64,000 bases of DNA from Octopus vulgaris (GCA_951406725.2 OX597825.1:19158001-19222000); one strand, 5' to 3'; positions 1 through 14,649 are shown, counted from the stretch's first letter. Translations and numbers: made by a program. Notes: generated by a model from the letters alone, not told the origin.

Positions 1-40
1 AACTTATCTAGCAGGCGTGTTTGGAAAATTATATATATAT

Positions 41-154
41 CCCGTGATCACGTGACCCACCAGATCATCATATGTTGCTACACATCGCTGGTCACAATGC
101 GTTCGCATTGTTTTAGCCTTCGAATGACGCCGCCCCGCTGGCTAAGGGAACAGG

Positions 155-158
<4 letters not shown>
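41..158 (-). mobile_element. SINE family A, 3' tail fragment (tail type 1)
   Basis: Close reverse complement of 14856-14975 (ends ...gtcacgtgatcacg); flanked by (TA)n. Confidence 0.85.
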
Positions 159-212
<54 letters not shown>

Positions 213-225
213 CATATATAAAAAA

Positions 226-740
226 AGCAGGTTGCCCAGAGAGAGGTGTAAACATTATCAGGGCTTTGCATGAGGATATGACGGCTAGAATTAAATTAGG
301 GAGTAGGCTCTCTCAATTTTATGGCATGGAAGATTAAGTAAACCAAGGAGACATTGATGCACCCTTATCTTTGGAATATAATTTGCTGTTGTGTTGTCAC
401 ACCCTTTTCAAAACTCCGAGGAGGATATTCACATAATATATCGTACAACAGGTTATGTTTTTAATCTGATCAGACTGAAATTCGAACCAAAGATTTTTAC
501 TTCACTCATTAATGAATTCTTATACTCTGACGATTGCAATCTAGCCAGTCGCTCTGAAACAGGCCTTCAATCTGTTGCATCTGTATTTGACTGAGCTTGT
601 GGTAATTTAGGTTTGACCATCAACTTGAAAAAGACAGTTGCAATGTGTCAACCTACACGTGGTATTGTTTGCAACACCCCTAACATTTTCGTAAATGGTA
701 AGTTACTTGAGGCTTTTGACTCTTTCATCTACCTCGGAAG
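226..740 (+). pseudogene. RTE-clade LINE reverse transcriptase fragment
   Basis: Translation IIYRTTGYVFNLIRLK...EFLYSDDCNLA...GLTINLKKT resembles the RTE/BovB RT region around YADD; contains stops. Confidence 0.8.
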
Positions 741-801
741 CTGAACCCGGAACCATGTGGCTCGTAAGCAAGTCACTTACCACACAGCCAATCCTACGCC
801 T
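741..801 (-). mobile_element. SINE family B, tRNA-like head fragment
   Basis: Reverse complement of the head of the 51422 copy (ggcgcaggagtggctgtgtggtaag...ggttcag). Confidence 0.8.
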
Positions 802-1202
802 AAATTATCATAAACTACACCTTGATTATCATAAACTGAAAATGTTTCCAATTTTTTCCCTATAAACCTGAGTGACACATAAACTTATGGAAACTAAAAC
901 AATAAAATATTTGTAATTTATTTAATAATCACAATTGAAACAGCTGTAGGAAGTATAAAGTATCATTTCATTAACAAATAATTATTATCTCTGATCCCTT
1001 CATTTTCTTTTCTACTATTAAGCGAATACGGATTATATGCATAATATATACCTACTGATTTAGAGAAATTTTATTTTCCCAAATATATTTCGCATAGAAC
1101 GAGTGTTTTCTTAATGTAACCACTATTTTATGAGGATAATATATCCTCTATTTAACTTATATATATACAGATGGAGAGCTAGACAGAAAGAGAAAGAGAG
1201 AA

Positions 1203-1319
1203 GCCTGCTTGCCTAGCCAGCGGGGTGGCGTCATTCGAATGCAAGAACGATGCAAAGTGCATTGTTACCAACGAAGTGTGGCAACATCTGGTGGTCTAGT
1301 TCTTCGCGTGATCACGTGA
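1203..1319 (+). mobile_element. SINE family A tail type 1, diverged
   Basis: Matches 14860-14975 (ggggtggcgtcattcgaa...gtgatcacgtga). Confidence 0.75.
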
Positions 1320-1979
1320 AATGAGTGCACGTGTGAGTGTGTGTAGGTATGCATATGTGTATGAATGCGTGCAAATTCACTAGAAAGGGCATTTTGTTGT
1401 CCAGGTCAATTGTAGAAGGTCTCACACAGTTGGACTAAACGTGTAGCCACTTCGTTGAAAGGCGACCTTCTTCACCACACAACCATGTATGTGTGTGCTT
1501 GTATTTATACAAATATATAGGCACATACATAAATATACACTCAAATATATGCGTTTATCTCTTTATATCTGTCTACCAATGTCTGTGTGTATACACATAT
1601 ATAACGTTCATACACATATATAACGAGATGTAGCTTATAAAACAACATATGTATACTATAAGCTCTTTATAGCAATGCAAAACAATAAAATAAAATAAAA
1701 TAAAAACTGACGTGATATGCGAAAAGTATGATAATATCAACATATATCTATATATTTGCTTCGCTATCTCCCTGCTGCCGTATCTGTCTAAATATCTTGC
1801 TATCTGTTTCAGCTGTCTGTACGTTTATCATTGAAGCCTAAACGGGCGACAAGACAATCTATCGTCTCTAATACAGGTTTCATACTAGTTTAATGCCTCA
1901 TTATTTTGTCATTTTATTTCCTCGATTACTGTAAACCACATATAACTGCTGCATCACAATCCCTGAGTCTATGTCTAAT

Positions 1980-2040
<61 letters not shown>

Positions 2041-2089
2041 ATATATATATATATATAGATAAATATAGATATATATATATATTTTATTA

Positions 2090-2126
<37 letters not shown>

Positions 2127-2317
2127 TGCATATATATATACATATATACATATTATTATATTTATATTTATGATTTATACAAATATATATCTACGTATAT
2201 ATAAATAAACATATTTATATATATATATATATATATATATACATACATACACACATATATACATACACATATTTATATGTGTGTGTGTGCGAGCGTGTGT
2301 GTGTGTGTGTGTGTGTG
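1980..2317. repeat. Compound (CA)n/(TA)n/(TG)n microsatellite
   Basis: Direct observation. Confidence 0.95.
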
Positions 2318-2320
2318 CAA

Positions 2321-2461
2321 GGCGCATGGCTCAGTCGTTACATCGCCGGGCTCGCAACCGTGAGCTAGTGAGATCGATTCCCCCGACCGGGTTGTGTGTT
2401 GTGTTTTCGACGAAGACACTTTATTTCACTCAACTGTACAAATGAGTTGCGACATCAGTGG
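2321..2461 (+). mobile_element. SINE family D (tRNA head), truncated
   Basis: Similar to 59212-59370 (tggctcagtcgtta...tcgattcc...gacactttatttcac). Confidence 0.7.
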
Positions 2462-3549
2462 TTTATTGAAGACTAGCAGTCGCCCTCTCCACCTGTTTCT
2501 CTCCCAGAATTTTGCTCAATGCTCGTCTGCTTTCTTTAAGTAGCACCCCAATCATTCACATGCCGTTTGCTGTCAGTTATCACTCGGTAGTAAACAACAA
2601 GCAAAGACAAATAAATTCCTCATGCGTTATACTTTCTATTATATTTTACGTAGACAGGCAGTCGTAAGCAAGAAGAGAAAAACTATCAAATCTTGCATTT
2701 CTGACCCAGCAAACATGACACAAAATTTAAAATATAAGAAAATTAATAAAACTGTGAAGAAGAGTGGTCTTACGTTTAACCCGACTCGGAGCATGTTTTT
2801 ACATTATTTAACTGACAAGTTACAGTACCACCGTAGTGTGTTCACAGTTTTTATTGAGCGAAGAATACAATTGTTTGGGTCACTACGCCCTATATGATAC
2901 CGTTCTTGATTTGTAAACACTTCTGGCAACGAAGATGGACAATTCGCAAATAATCTCCATATTTATCTACTGGCAGTTCCTGTATACGTCTCTTGTGGAC
3001 GTGCCCTATAGCAGCAAAACTTTAGAAAGAGATACACACATATGCACTCACATACGTCTGTGACTATGTATTGTGTATCGAATAATCTTAACAGGTTTTG
3101 AAGTAATTTTCATTACATCGAATACGTTAGTTAAACAAGGATGAAAATTATATCCATAAGAAATGTTTGTTTAAATAATTTCAGTAATTTGAAGCAGGCT
3201 TAATTGAAATTTGAATTGAAAGGATAAATTATTTATCGAAATAATTGCAATCAATAATTGCAAATTGCAATTTTATTAAAAGCATTTTATAATAACTGCT
3301 CGGATTTTGGGAGCAATACAGATATATTATGAATACGTTTATCTACACAATGCTAGCAAATATTCTTTCCTCTTTTCTGTTTAACCAACTTCCATAAAAT
3401 TTACCATCTTTAAAGAAGATGTGAAATATAGACTTGGGTTCGATTGTTAATTAATTATTGGTGTTATTTAGTTTGTAGTTAGCCTCTATTCAACTCATTT
3501 AAATACATTGCAAGCTTTACCATCGTGTATTTTATAAGTTACGTAGAAC

Positions 3550-4145
3550 TATTTTTATTTCTGTATGGGGACCATACCCTTGATTTGATGTTGTTATTGA
3601 GAATCATAGTTGCGGCTGTTGTTTCCTGAGGTATAACAAACCGACTATTTTTTCTAAAGCCATTTTGATTTCTCCTCAAAACTTTCCCATTTTCTGCATG
3701 TATCCTGTTGAATAAAAATTTATGCATCGAATGATGCCTCTGTAGTTCTTTCATTAGAGATGGGAGTATGCAGCCTTCTGTTCATTTGTCAATGTTGCTT
3801 TCATTATAGAATGCATTGCAGAAACCTGACAGAATATCGTTGAGTTCTCCTGTTTTCCAGACATCAAGTGGAATGTTATCCAGTCCAACAGCCTTTCAGT
3901 TTTAGGTGTTTGTAAGAACTTCTTCCAATAGTGAAATGAAGCTTTGCTGTTGCGCTTGATATAGCTTGTTAGTTTATTCTGTAGCTTTATGAAATTGGAT
4001 ACATTTAAGATGCTTGAATGTATAATTTGAGCTTCAGCCGTTTCTTCGCGGTGTTTTACATTCTTTATTATTTCTTGGTATTTGTAGGGGTGACATTTAC
4101 TAGCTCTTGGTTTGATCCCTTTTGCAACTTCTGTGTGGGACATTT
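3550..4145 (-). pseudogene. RTE-like LINE ORF fragment (N-terminal RT region)
   Basis: Minus-strand motifs GLDNIPLDVWK and LFNRIHAENGKVLRRNQNGFRK; frameshifted. Confidence 0.75.
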
Positions 4146-4299
4146 CAAAACATTACAAATCTGCGTTGGAGGAGCTTTCTTCATTTCGGTGTATTGAATG
4201 TGGATTTCTCGTTTGATTAAAACTCACCACACATATGCGAGCCTAGAGGCTAATTTAGCTTTGTTAGCTCAAATGCTTAGGCGAAATTTTGATGTGACA

Positions 4300-5235
4300 G
4301 TTTTGTGATCGCCACTCATTTCTCTTTGATATCAAAGTCGGAGTACTCCAGCGGGGCACCTTGGCAATATTTCCTCTTCGTGATCTCCCTGGATTATGTC
4401 TCCAGAACATCACTTGACAATCTAAACAGCGTCGGTTTCAAACTTGCGAAAAGAAGATCGATCAGACATCTATCTCAGAAAATAACTGATGCACACTATG
4501 CTGTTAATTTAGCCTTGGTCTCTGACCCAATGTCAAACACCACAAAATTGAATCAGAGTACAGAATTAATTGCACGTGACGTTGGGCTACATTTTAATCC
4601 TAGTAAAACCAAATTTATAGCTCACAATCGACAAGGATCCATCACCAACATCAGCAGAAATCCTATCAATCAAGTTAATGATTTCACGTAAATCGGTTCT
4701 GAGACAGACTCAAATGAAAAGGATGCAAAACTCGGACAGACAAAGCATGGTCAGCCCTAAACTAAGTGGACATTGTCTAGAAATGAACCATGTCAGACGA
4801 CCTTAAGAGGAATTTTTCCGTCCAGTTACTAGAGTCAGTCACTTTATATGGAGCAACAGTGTGGACACTTAGTAAAATACCGAGTCCAAGCTAGATGAAA
4901 CTCACACTCGAATGTTAAGAGGAGACTTAAACATATGTTGAAGAACTCATCCTACTAAGAAACGGCTGCGTAGAGATCGCCCGTGTATTTCTACCATTAT
5001 AAAGGAAAGGCGTTTGCGCTTTGTGGAACTTCGCTGGCAAACTACAGAAGCACTAGCAAATGACCTACTACTATGGAAACCAAATGAAGGCGGCAGTCGA
5101 GCTGGTCATCCAAATACAAGTTATATAGATCAGTTAACCAGGGATACATGATGCCTCCTCGAAGATCACCCTTAACTGATATATTGCGTTAGCGAGTCAA
5201 AAGTATCCTAGCAAGCTTGACCAGATGATGAGGAT
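4300..5235 (+). pseudogene. RTE-like LINE 3' portion with (GAT)n-like tail
   Basis: LFVISLDYVSRTSLD...KITDAHYAVNLAL (degenerate YADD), then LYGATVWTL; ends gatgatgaggat. Confidence 0.85.
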
Positions 5236-6376
5236 ATAACCACACTGGGTTATATACACGTGAATTCTTTGCATTGAATTAGTCTCATTTAACTTTGACT
5301 ATAAAGTAGGGGTTTCAAGAGCATCTTAACGGTACCTAAACTAAGCTTCTCGGAGGACTCAAAGCATGTCTTGGCATGTAATTTCCACTGTTATTTTATG
5401 CAATACCAGGGTTTATCAGATGCTATAGCTTTGGCACTTGGCAAGAACTGGCAACATTTCTTTGAAGACTGACTAAAATACTTAGTACAGAGATTCCTAT
5501 CAATGCCGCCGCATTGCGCTCGCTTGTTGCTATCGCTTGTTGAAGAACTACGTTTTCAAATGTACTCACTCTTTATCTAAATGGGTAAGACCTGAGGAAG
5601 AGTTGTTCAATATTTCCAGCATATGAGCAATACATAACATTTTTGTTTTTACGGGTATAACATGAATGGTGATTTCGATGAAAATGTTTGTATAGCCCTT
5701 GATGAATTATGATCAGAACACTTTTACTCATATCATTTTCTAGGATTATTTATCTGTTGTAAGAGAAGAATCTATGGTTATGATACCCTCCATACTCTTT
5801 CCGATTTTTATGGCCTAATTAGCGACAGGTTTCACTGCTGTTAATAGTGAATCAAGAGACCGATAAAAAGCTTGTTCGTATGATTGTATCATCTATCATG
5901 TCAATGATTGGTCAGGAACTCCCTCGTTGATGTGGCAAACTTTAAGTGGTACTTAAAACGACATTACCAAAGCCTGTAAATGATGTTTCGAAACACATTC
6001 ACTTTACACAAGTCATTTGTATTCCGGAAGAACTTTATTATAGGCACGGATATCGTTAACAAATAATTATTGTTATCAAAATTCGCGGGTTCAAAACTCT
6101 TTCTTCATCGCAAACTCATAATTATTCGCTAATTAGAATAAAAGCTTCGGATATTTCTATCAAAATTAATATTTGAACTGCCACAACAATTATTACTAAT
6201 GCATTGCTCATTATGATAGAGATAGAACGCAAGTGCGTTACGTACGAAGATGTTATAAGTTCATAGTGATGATGGGAGATGGTAGAATTTGAGGGGATAG
6301 AATCTACAGACATACTGCAGTGTTAATATGGTTGTCTTTTTTTTTATAATCACAAATAATTTAATAAAAACTTTAT

Positions 6377-6442
6377 AAACATACCACCATCGGTTGTCAA
6401 GCGATGTTGGGGGAACAAACACAGACACACAAACATACATAC

Positions 6443-6496
<54 letters not shown>

Positions 6497-6690
6497 ACAC
6501 ACACATACATATGTATAACATATATACGATGGGCTTCTTTCAGTTTCCGTCTACCAAATCCACTCACAAGGCTTTGCTCGGCCCGAGGCTATAGTAGAAG
6601 ACACTTGCCCAAGGTGCCACGCAGTGGGACTGAACCCGGGACCGCGTGGTTCGTAAGCAAGCTACTTACCACACAGCCACTTCTACGCCT
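6377..6690 (-). mobile_element. SINE family B, 5' portion with internal (CA)n
   Basis: Reverse complement of the 51422-51670 type copy. Confidence 0.9.
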
Positions 6691-7406
6691 ATTTCAGAAG
6701 TTTAAGAAGTTTTAATTAAAACTACGTGTAGCCAGTTTCCATCCATTTTCGTGGTACCTCACTCAAGGTTTTTGCACGATATTGACCAATATCTTGTTAG
6801 AGTATAACGGTGTAGATCCCAGTGAAGTTTACTAATTCAAGGAGGTAAATCCCAAAGAGAAGTAACTCAGTAGCTTTCTAGAAACTTGCGCACCCCATGG
6901 ATAAACATAATGCGCACGAGATAAAGTGCATTGGATTATATAATTGAACAAAAAATAATTTAAAACTTGAACTAGCCATTCTGACATAATTGTTGCCGAT
7001 TAAAGCAATACCGAATGAAATAATGCTTCTCATTAAAAGATAATTACTGCCAGTTCTATGAAATACAAATAAGAATTGTCTGTAGAAATCGTCATTTTGA
7101 TGCAGCTCGAATTACATAAATCATTAGTTATTCTCCACTGCATTTGTATTCCCGTCTTCGAAGACCAACAAATAATATTTTGTTTATATGAATTTACTAT
7201 CATGAAAATATGTGAAACTAGTCATCACAATGATGACTAAAGCCACTATTTACTAAAGTTTCCTCTTGCTAGTGTCTGCATAAAAAATAAATATATACAT
7301 AAATGAATTTAAAAAAAAAAGCAAACCGCTATTCTTGCTCGCTTGCATATAGCGTGATCTTCATACTATTTCTTATCTTCGAAAACAGATGAGATATGAA
7401 TATACA

Positions 7407-7478
7407 GTAATAATAATAACAACAACAACAACAACAACAACAACAATAATAATAACAATAATAATAGTAATAATGATA
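7407..7478. repeat. (AAT)n/(AAC)n microsatellite
   Basis: Direct observation. Confidence 0.95.
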
Positions 7479-8012
7479 AAAACGAGAAAGGAAATATATC
7501 AATTTCGAAAACAGAAGCAAGTGAGATATGAGTATACTAGGGAAAATAAAAAGAAGAAACAATATGAAAACTATCACTAACAACCCCCCAGGCTTTTCTA
7601 CTGTCAACGTGTCCACAATAGCTGATATTATCTACTTCAATACTTTTTAAGCCCTTACTATTTACTATGTTTCGCTTTTATCCAAGTGTTCTCCGCCCCG
7701 AAACAGCCGTCCACTATTTTCTCACGTCAGAGGTTATCAGTTTACATCAAGGCATATTGTTTCCATCAGCAACCAAAATACTATGCGATAGGGAGAGGGA
7801 TGAAAAGAAGAACCTAAGTAAAGGATGCAGATATGGGATACAGATATGAGAAAATCATTTTTTAAAATTATATTCAGGCATGTGGTATATAAGACCTGCA
7901 GAGAAAACTAAATGAGAGAAAGAAGCATGTAATTCTACGCACCAGTTGTTGAACGTAATCTTGAAACAAATAACCTGATATATAAGAATTTCCTTATATC
8001 AACGCTTCGTAT

Positions 8013-8060
8013 GAAAAATCCAGAGTAAAGATGATTAATATGGTGGCAAATATATATATT

Positions 8061-8138
<78 letters not shown>

Positions 8139-8172
8139 CCACCATATTAATCATCAATACTCTGGATTTTTC
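8013..8172. repeat. (TA)n-centred palindrome with 40-bp arms
   Basis: 8013-8052 vs 8133-8172 inverted, 2 mismatches. Confidence 0.9.
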
Positions 8173-8174
8173 TA

Positions 8175-8216
<42 letters not shown>

Positions 8217-8224
8217 TATACACA

Positions 8225-9300
8225 CTAGCAGTATCGCCCGGCGTTGCTCGGGTTTGTTTCGACCCGCTGGAATTGTAATTTTGAAAAGTAAAAATTTTGT
8301 GAACATTTTTCTGGTCGAAATACACCGAAAAGTGAAAAAATCGTAAAAAATAGGGATTTTCATAGAAAAAAGCATCTTTTTGATGTAAATAATTTTTGGT
8401 GTTAACATGGTCCGATTTGAATTTTATGTTCTACGGAAGAAAGAGCAACCCTTCTTCTACCATACTCTCAATTTTGGTCAACTTGCGCCGCAGGGTCTCG
8501 GAGGAGATAGTGTTAGTTGAAGGTTACCATTCTAGGTGCCTGAGTAACAACCTCGCGGATTTACAGATAAATGAATTAATTACTATTTTACAGAATAAAA
8601 TTAAATAATTCTTGAAAATTAATTAATATTAATATTTTTTGAACAAAGTAAATAATTTTTAAAACTTAAATAATAATTTTTTTTACACAAACGCGAACGG
8701 GGAAAAGGGGGTGGCGAATTCGACTTACATACCTAATTTTTTTCTTTTTCATGACATTGTAGCAAAATAGTAGTGAATTATATAAATACCAGCAGTACAT
8801 TTTTTTTTCTGGGGTATTTTTTTTCAACCTCGTCACATATTTGCCCCTTTCAATTTAAACAAAGTCTTAATTAAGCAATTACGGCAGCTTAGCAATGGTT
8901 TCAATACAGGCGTGACATCTGTATCTCAATTGTTCAAAACCCTTCGAATTTTTTCGCACGTGATGATATCATAGTGAAAACTTTCAATTACGCGCGCTTA
9001 GAAGTACGCTCGCAAATTAATACTACCAAAATTTTGAAGTTCGCGCTCCGCTTGTGTGTGTGTGTGTGCGTGCTTTAGATGTACGTAGGTATGTGTTTTT
9101 GTGCGTGTGTGTCACTGAAGCCATACATACATATATACATACATAACCTCTCTCTCTCTTTTCTCTCTCAGTCACTCACTACAAAAAGTGAATAAAAAAG
9201 TTCAGTTATTTCTGTCTTTCACTCTGTCTGTCTCTTTACACACACTAACAAAAGCACTTCACTTACACACCACACTTTCTGTGTCGCACAACCCATCAAA

Positions 9301-9335
<35 letters not shown>

Positions 9336-9892
9336 GCACACATGTACATCAATGCTTTCGGAGTGAAATGTTAAAATATTGAGTTTTCTCGAATTTTGTC
9401 TTAATTGGGGGTGAAATTGAAAGAAATATATTATGGCATGACCGAATGGAGTACTTTGAAAAATCTTAGGTAAACTCTAATTGAAGAAATTGTGTGAGGA
9501 GTAAATCGTTATGTATTTATTTGTTTCTGTTTGCTGTGTTTTTTTATTTTTTGAGTAGTGGTTTAAATACTTTCAGTTTAGTCTTCCTCAAATCACTCTG
9601 TCGCTATTTACTCTCTTCCAATTACTTTCATTTTATTCGTTGCACACTGTGTGTGTGCGTTTGCGTGTGGTGTAAACCACATTAAGAAAAGCATTTGACA
9701 TACACACCAGAATGTGAGTTTTCTGTAAATTTTGCTTAATTGGGGTTGAAATTTTAAAAACCGGACCTGGCAAAACCCGATGCATTCTACTCTTAAAAAT
9801 GCTAGGTAAATTGTAATTGAAGAAATCCTATATTGTAGATTTCTATAACTGACAAAGGGAGGCAGATAAAATCTGCCTTTTATAATAAGAGA
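8225..9892 (-). mobile_element. Non-autonomous Helitron, both ends present
   Basis: Minus strand starts TC (9892) and ends with hairpin cccgagcaacgccggg plus CTAG (8225); inserted between A and T; internal diverged duplication ~9390-9490 vs ~9715-9830. Confidence 0.85.
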
Positions 9893-10023
9893 TACAAGCA
9901 TACATTCCTACATATATATATATAGTATAAAGAGAGAGAGGGAGATGCATACTTATATGTATGTATGCATGCATACATGTATGTATGTATGAATTTGTGT
10001 GTGTGTGTAATATATATGTATAT

Positions 10024-10132
<109 letters not shown>

Positions 10133-10683
10133 TATACCTACATACTTACAAATACAACTACAAGTGTATACTTGGCATGACTGTCTTAAACTACTCACAG
10201 GCGTGTAGTTTGCTTCGACAAGGTAGTGTCTTCGGGTTCTGTTCCAGTGCATTGCCTTGTTACGTAGATTCGGTCTTTCTAATTCAAACAGATGATATTG
10301 AAATGTAATGCATTCGTGAGTAAACTGTTGCTTTCCGAAGCTCTGTGTGTTAAGAAGAGCACATGAAATACATATACTGTCTCTAATAGTTCGAGCTACA
10401 TCATACGCTTCTTGGCCCCTTGGAATAACGATATGATAAAAAAGCGATGCCAAATATCAATCAGAGATTCACAGCTGTCGTCGATTTGCTTCAGTCACAA
10501 TACCGCGCGTTGCCGATTAGAAGTATCCAGTGTTGCGACATAAAATATATATGTATACGAGCATATATATGCATACATACGTACGTACATGCATATATGT
10601 AATTATATATGTATATAATTATCTACATATATATATGTGTATGTGTGTGTATGTCTATATATATATATATGTGTGTGTGTGTG

Positions 10684-10742
<59 letters not shown>

Positions 10743-10914
10743 ATGCATATATACATTTCTGTATGCATATATGTGTGTGTGTTTGTGTGTGTATGTCAGT
10801 ATGCAGATGTACACACACATCATTAATGTGTTTTCCTGTTAAGTTATAATATCTATAAATATATGTATGCATGTATCTATATATATATATGTATGAGTGT
10901 GTATTTGTGCGTGC

Positions 10915-11125
10915 CTGCTTGATTGTGTTTGTCCCTCACTACTTGACAATCGATATTGGTTTGTTTACCTCCGACCCCGAACATAGTGATTTGGTTAAAT
11001 AAGTACCAGATTAATAAAAAAAGGGAAATGTACCGAGGTCAATATGCTTAACTAAGACCCTTCGAGTCGTTGTCCCAGCATGGCTACAGCCCAGTACCTG
11101 GAGTGGATAATGTATAAATATAAAA
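10915..11125 (+). mobile_element. Old SINE family B, 3' half
   Basis: cttgacaatcgatattgg...cccagcatggctacag resembles the family B 3' half. Confidence 0.6.
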
Positions 11126-13624
11126 TAAAAACGTAAACAATAATCTGTTTATCTTTTAAAAAAAAATTTCTTAAAGTTGTCAAAACTTTAGATAAGATTT
11201 ATTTCTTCTCGCTGTTGAATCGCTTTGTCTTGTGCTACATGTTATCAATACCGGATACATGGCTGAATACATGGCTGAATACATAAATGACATTCTATCA
11301 CTCAGTAAAGGCTGGATTACGGAGGTTAACGAACTTGTCCCTTAACACATTTCTTAGAAGATTGATTGATATTTTACGTAAATGTCCAGTTATTTCGTAA
11401 ATTTCCTCTTCTTTAGTAAACATCTACAGTTAAGGTCATCTGAGTTTATTTACCTTATTCACCGTTGAGAAGATTACCACGTTTCAGTCTACATATCCTT
11501 TAGAACATTTAAAATATTTAACACTCCTTCATCTTGTATAAGTTTGAATATCAGAAATACACTGAAAAGTATTTCAAGTGTATTAATTAATTTAATACTA
11601 TTAATGATTTGAATTTTGCAAGGTAAATTATAGTTGCTGGCGAAATAAAACAGAAAGAATAATAAGATTTAAATATCAACAGGAAAATGAAAGCGAAAAC
11701 CATTTATCGATTTGAATTGAAAGCCAAACGAATATAACGCTTAACGAATAATTAATTCGTACAGAACTACGTCAATATTTTAACCACATGTTTTCTAAAA
11801 CTGTAATTAACTTTTAATTACTTCTACATATTGTAGTTTTTGTCATATACATCCCTGATAATTATATCGATAATGCGTAGAAAACGAATCCAAGCAACAC
11901 GATAATGGGTTTCTGAAATGATTTTCTCTTCCAGTAGAGTTAAAAGTGATAAGTGCCCTTTATTTATAATTAAGTATCGGACTTATAGGAAAATCATCAT
12001 GAATGGAGTGCAAGTTAATGTAAATATATATTATATATAAAGTCCATCATATTTATCTACTTACTTATTTATTTGATATCACATCGTATTATACCTGAAC
12101 GCCTTTTCCATTATGACTTTGCAAATTAAAAATTGAATATACAAGGCTTCAATTTAAAACACAATTCCTAATTAATAGACCCAGCTGTATTGTTTAGATA
12201 CGAAATAATTTTGAAATATATCAATTCTAAGAAGGTTCGGAGCACTTGTTAATAGAAATAAATTGTACGAACATATTTCTCTCTTTAACTTCCTCCCTTT
12301 ATCCCTCCCCCTACTCTCTCTACAAGTACATACGTATTCATACCTACATGCAGATACTTACACACGCACATATGTCATAATGATGAAGTTATAATGCAGT
12401 TTACACAGTGAAAATATCTGATATAGTACTGAATGCCTGAGTTGCATCAACTATTGAATACAAATATATTTGACAATGATTTCGAAGTTTTGACGACCAT
12501 AGCTTCTCCAAACTGTGACATGAACACTCAGATTATTAATATAAAGGGGTTATTTTATCTGGGGCAAATACCGCAGTGAACAACGTCCATCATTTCAGTG
12601 TAAATGAACACGTTAAATATAAACATACACATCCTTATTTTAAATTTTGCTGCTAAATGTTTCATTTTAGTTTGATGCTCATAGATACAACACCTCCGCA
12701 TATATATCATATCGTTGAATATTTTTATACACTTACCTATTCATGCTTTGCACAAATCATGTCAGATTTATAACATGTCCACTTAATTGTTCTATAACGC
12801 TTTTGTCCTAAATCTTGTTATAGAACTTTATTTGTAGCCCCTCCATGTATACCGTTAATCTTTATTTCAACACTTGATATAATTGACTTTGTATTTCATC
12901 CTTCCGTTCATCGAAAATATATGTACCAAGTTTCATTTAATTGACTATAGTCTTCCTGTTAAATACTGTATCATTTCCCTTATAGTCAAATTATTCTCGT
13001 ACTTCTTTTGATATTTTTTTTGAGGATCAACTTCAAATGATATTGAAATTATGATATTTTAACGTATATTGTTATGAATTCTTTCCGACTCTCTCTTTGT
13101 AGTTGCTATACCTGTAATGTTACTAAAGTTTAGCGCTTTGATATTAACATACGAGAGTGTCATTAATTTCAAAATCCGGCCATAGAAAATGAACTTAGAG
13201 TTTTTGAATACAGTGTATTGATTATTAACTTCAGAATATTCAAAACTATTTCCGATAAAATGTCGGTTCAAAATGAAATATTCATTGCATACATAGTTAT
13301 AAATTATACTACCAACAGATGTCCTCGTTTATGGTATTTCATAGGTCGCTATAATAAATTATAACTTGATCTATCTAAAATGCAAAATATTCATCATAAA
13401 TTTGAATTAAATTGATATATTTCTTGATTTAGTGCTCCTAGTCTGTTACATTAAGTCACATTTAATCAATAGGCAACCACGGGTTGATATTTTATAGAAG
13501 TTTGCATTTTGAAACGACATATATTCTTCAGTAAGAACTTCAATGATCATTCAAGTTGTATCGTCAACTGGATGTCCAGAATATCTGAATGGAAACCATT
13601 GTGGTTAAAATAGAAACGGATATC

Positions 13625-13683
<59 letters not shown>

Positions 13684-13899
13684 ACAGAAAAAATGTCCAT
13701 TTCCTCGGCTTTGTGTTTATGTTTTCGTTTCTCATTGTGTTCGAAGTTTTTTTTCTTGTGGTGTCGTGTATGCATATATGCATGTATATATACATGTAGA
13801 TGAAGGTACGTACATATATGTATGTGTATATGCTTATGTTTTATTTATTAATTTGTTATATGACGGAACGCACGCATCCATTTCTAAGTAAGTTGGTTC

Positions 13900-14186
<287 letters not shown>

Positions 14187-14204
14187 GTTGAGAGAGAGAG
14201 GGGA

Positions 14205-14419
14205 AGTAAAGATTATTTGCCGACGTTACGTAACATGGCAGTCCTGGTTTAGGACGAATATTGCTGTAATTTAGCCCCATGAGATATCGTCCCCAGCTAG
14301 CAATACGACACGATCTGTGTCCTTACAGCCAGCTGGAGGTGATGCCTCCTGGAGCTAAGTTACAGCAACATTCGTCCTAAACAAGCAATGCCATGTTGTG
14401 CTGGCAAATAATCTTTACT
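14205..14419. repeat. Imperfect fold-back element (~95-bp arms) between (TA)n tracts
   Basis: gtaaagattatttgcc...tttaggacgaatattgctgtaa pairs with ttacagcaacattcgtcctaaa...ggcaaataatctttac; related sequence at 28735-28785. Confidence 0.8.
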
Positions 14420-14474
14420 AGATTACTGTTGCTGAGTATCTCTCGTTGATTTACAAATAGTAATTTTATATCCA

Positions 14475-14527
<53 letters not shown>

Positions 14528-14547
14528 TTCTTATGTACTCTTATTAT

Positions 14548-14644
14548 TATTCTTTCACTGATTTCAGTTCTTTGACTGCGGCTATACTGGAGTACCGCCA
14601 CGCCACAGTCAAATTACTGAAACCAGTAAAAGAATAGAATAAAA

Positions 14645-14649
<5 letters not shown>
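14548..14649. mobile_element. Head-to-head inverted pair of SINE B 3' tails
   Basis: Minus-strand tail (tttgactgcggctatactggagtaccgcc) abuts a plus-strand tail (gccacagtcaaattactgaaaccagtaaaagaata). Confidence 0.7.

Noticed and set aside
930-950. gaaacagctgta hammerhead 3' half
   Set aside because: No upstream CUGANGA core recognisable
10198-10453. Minus-strand open stretch ending at a GTGAGT donor-like site
   Set aside because: No recognisable domain, no convincing acceptor; plus-strand frames contain stops
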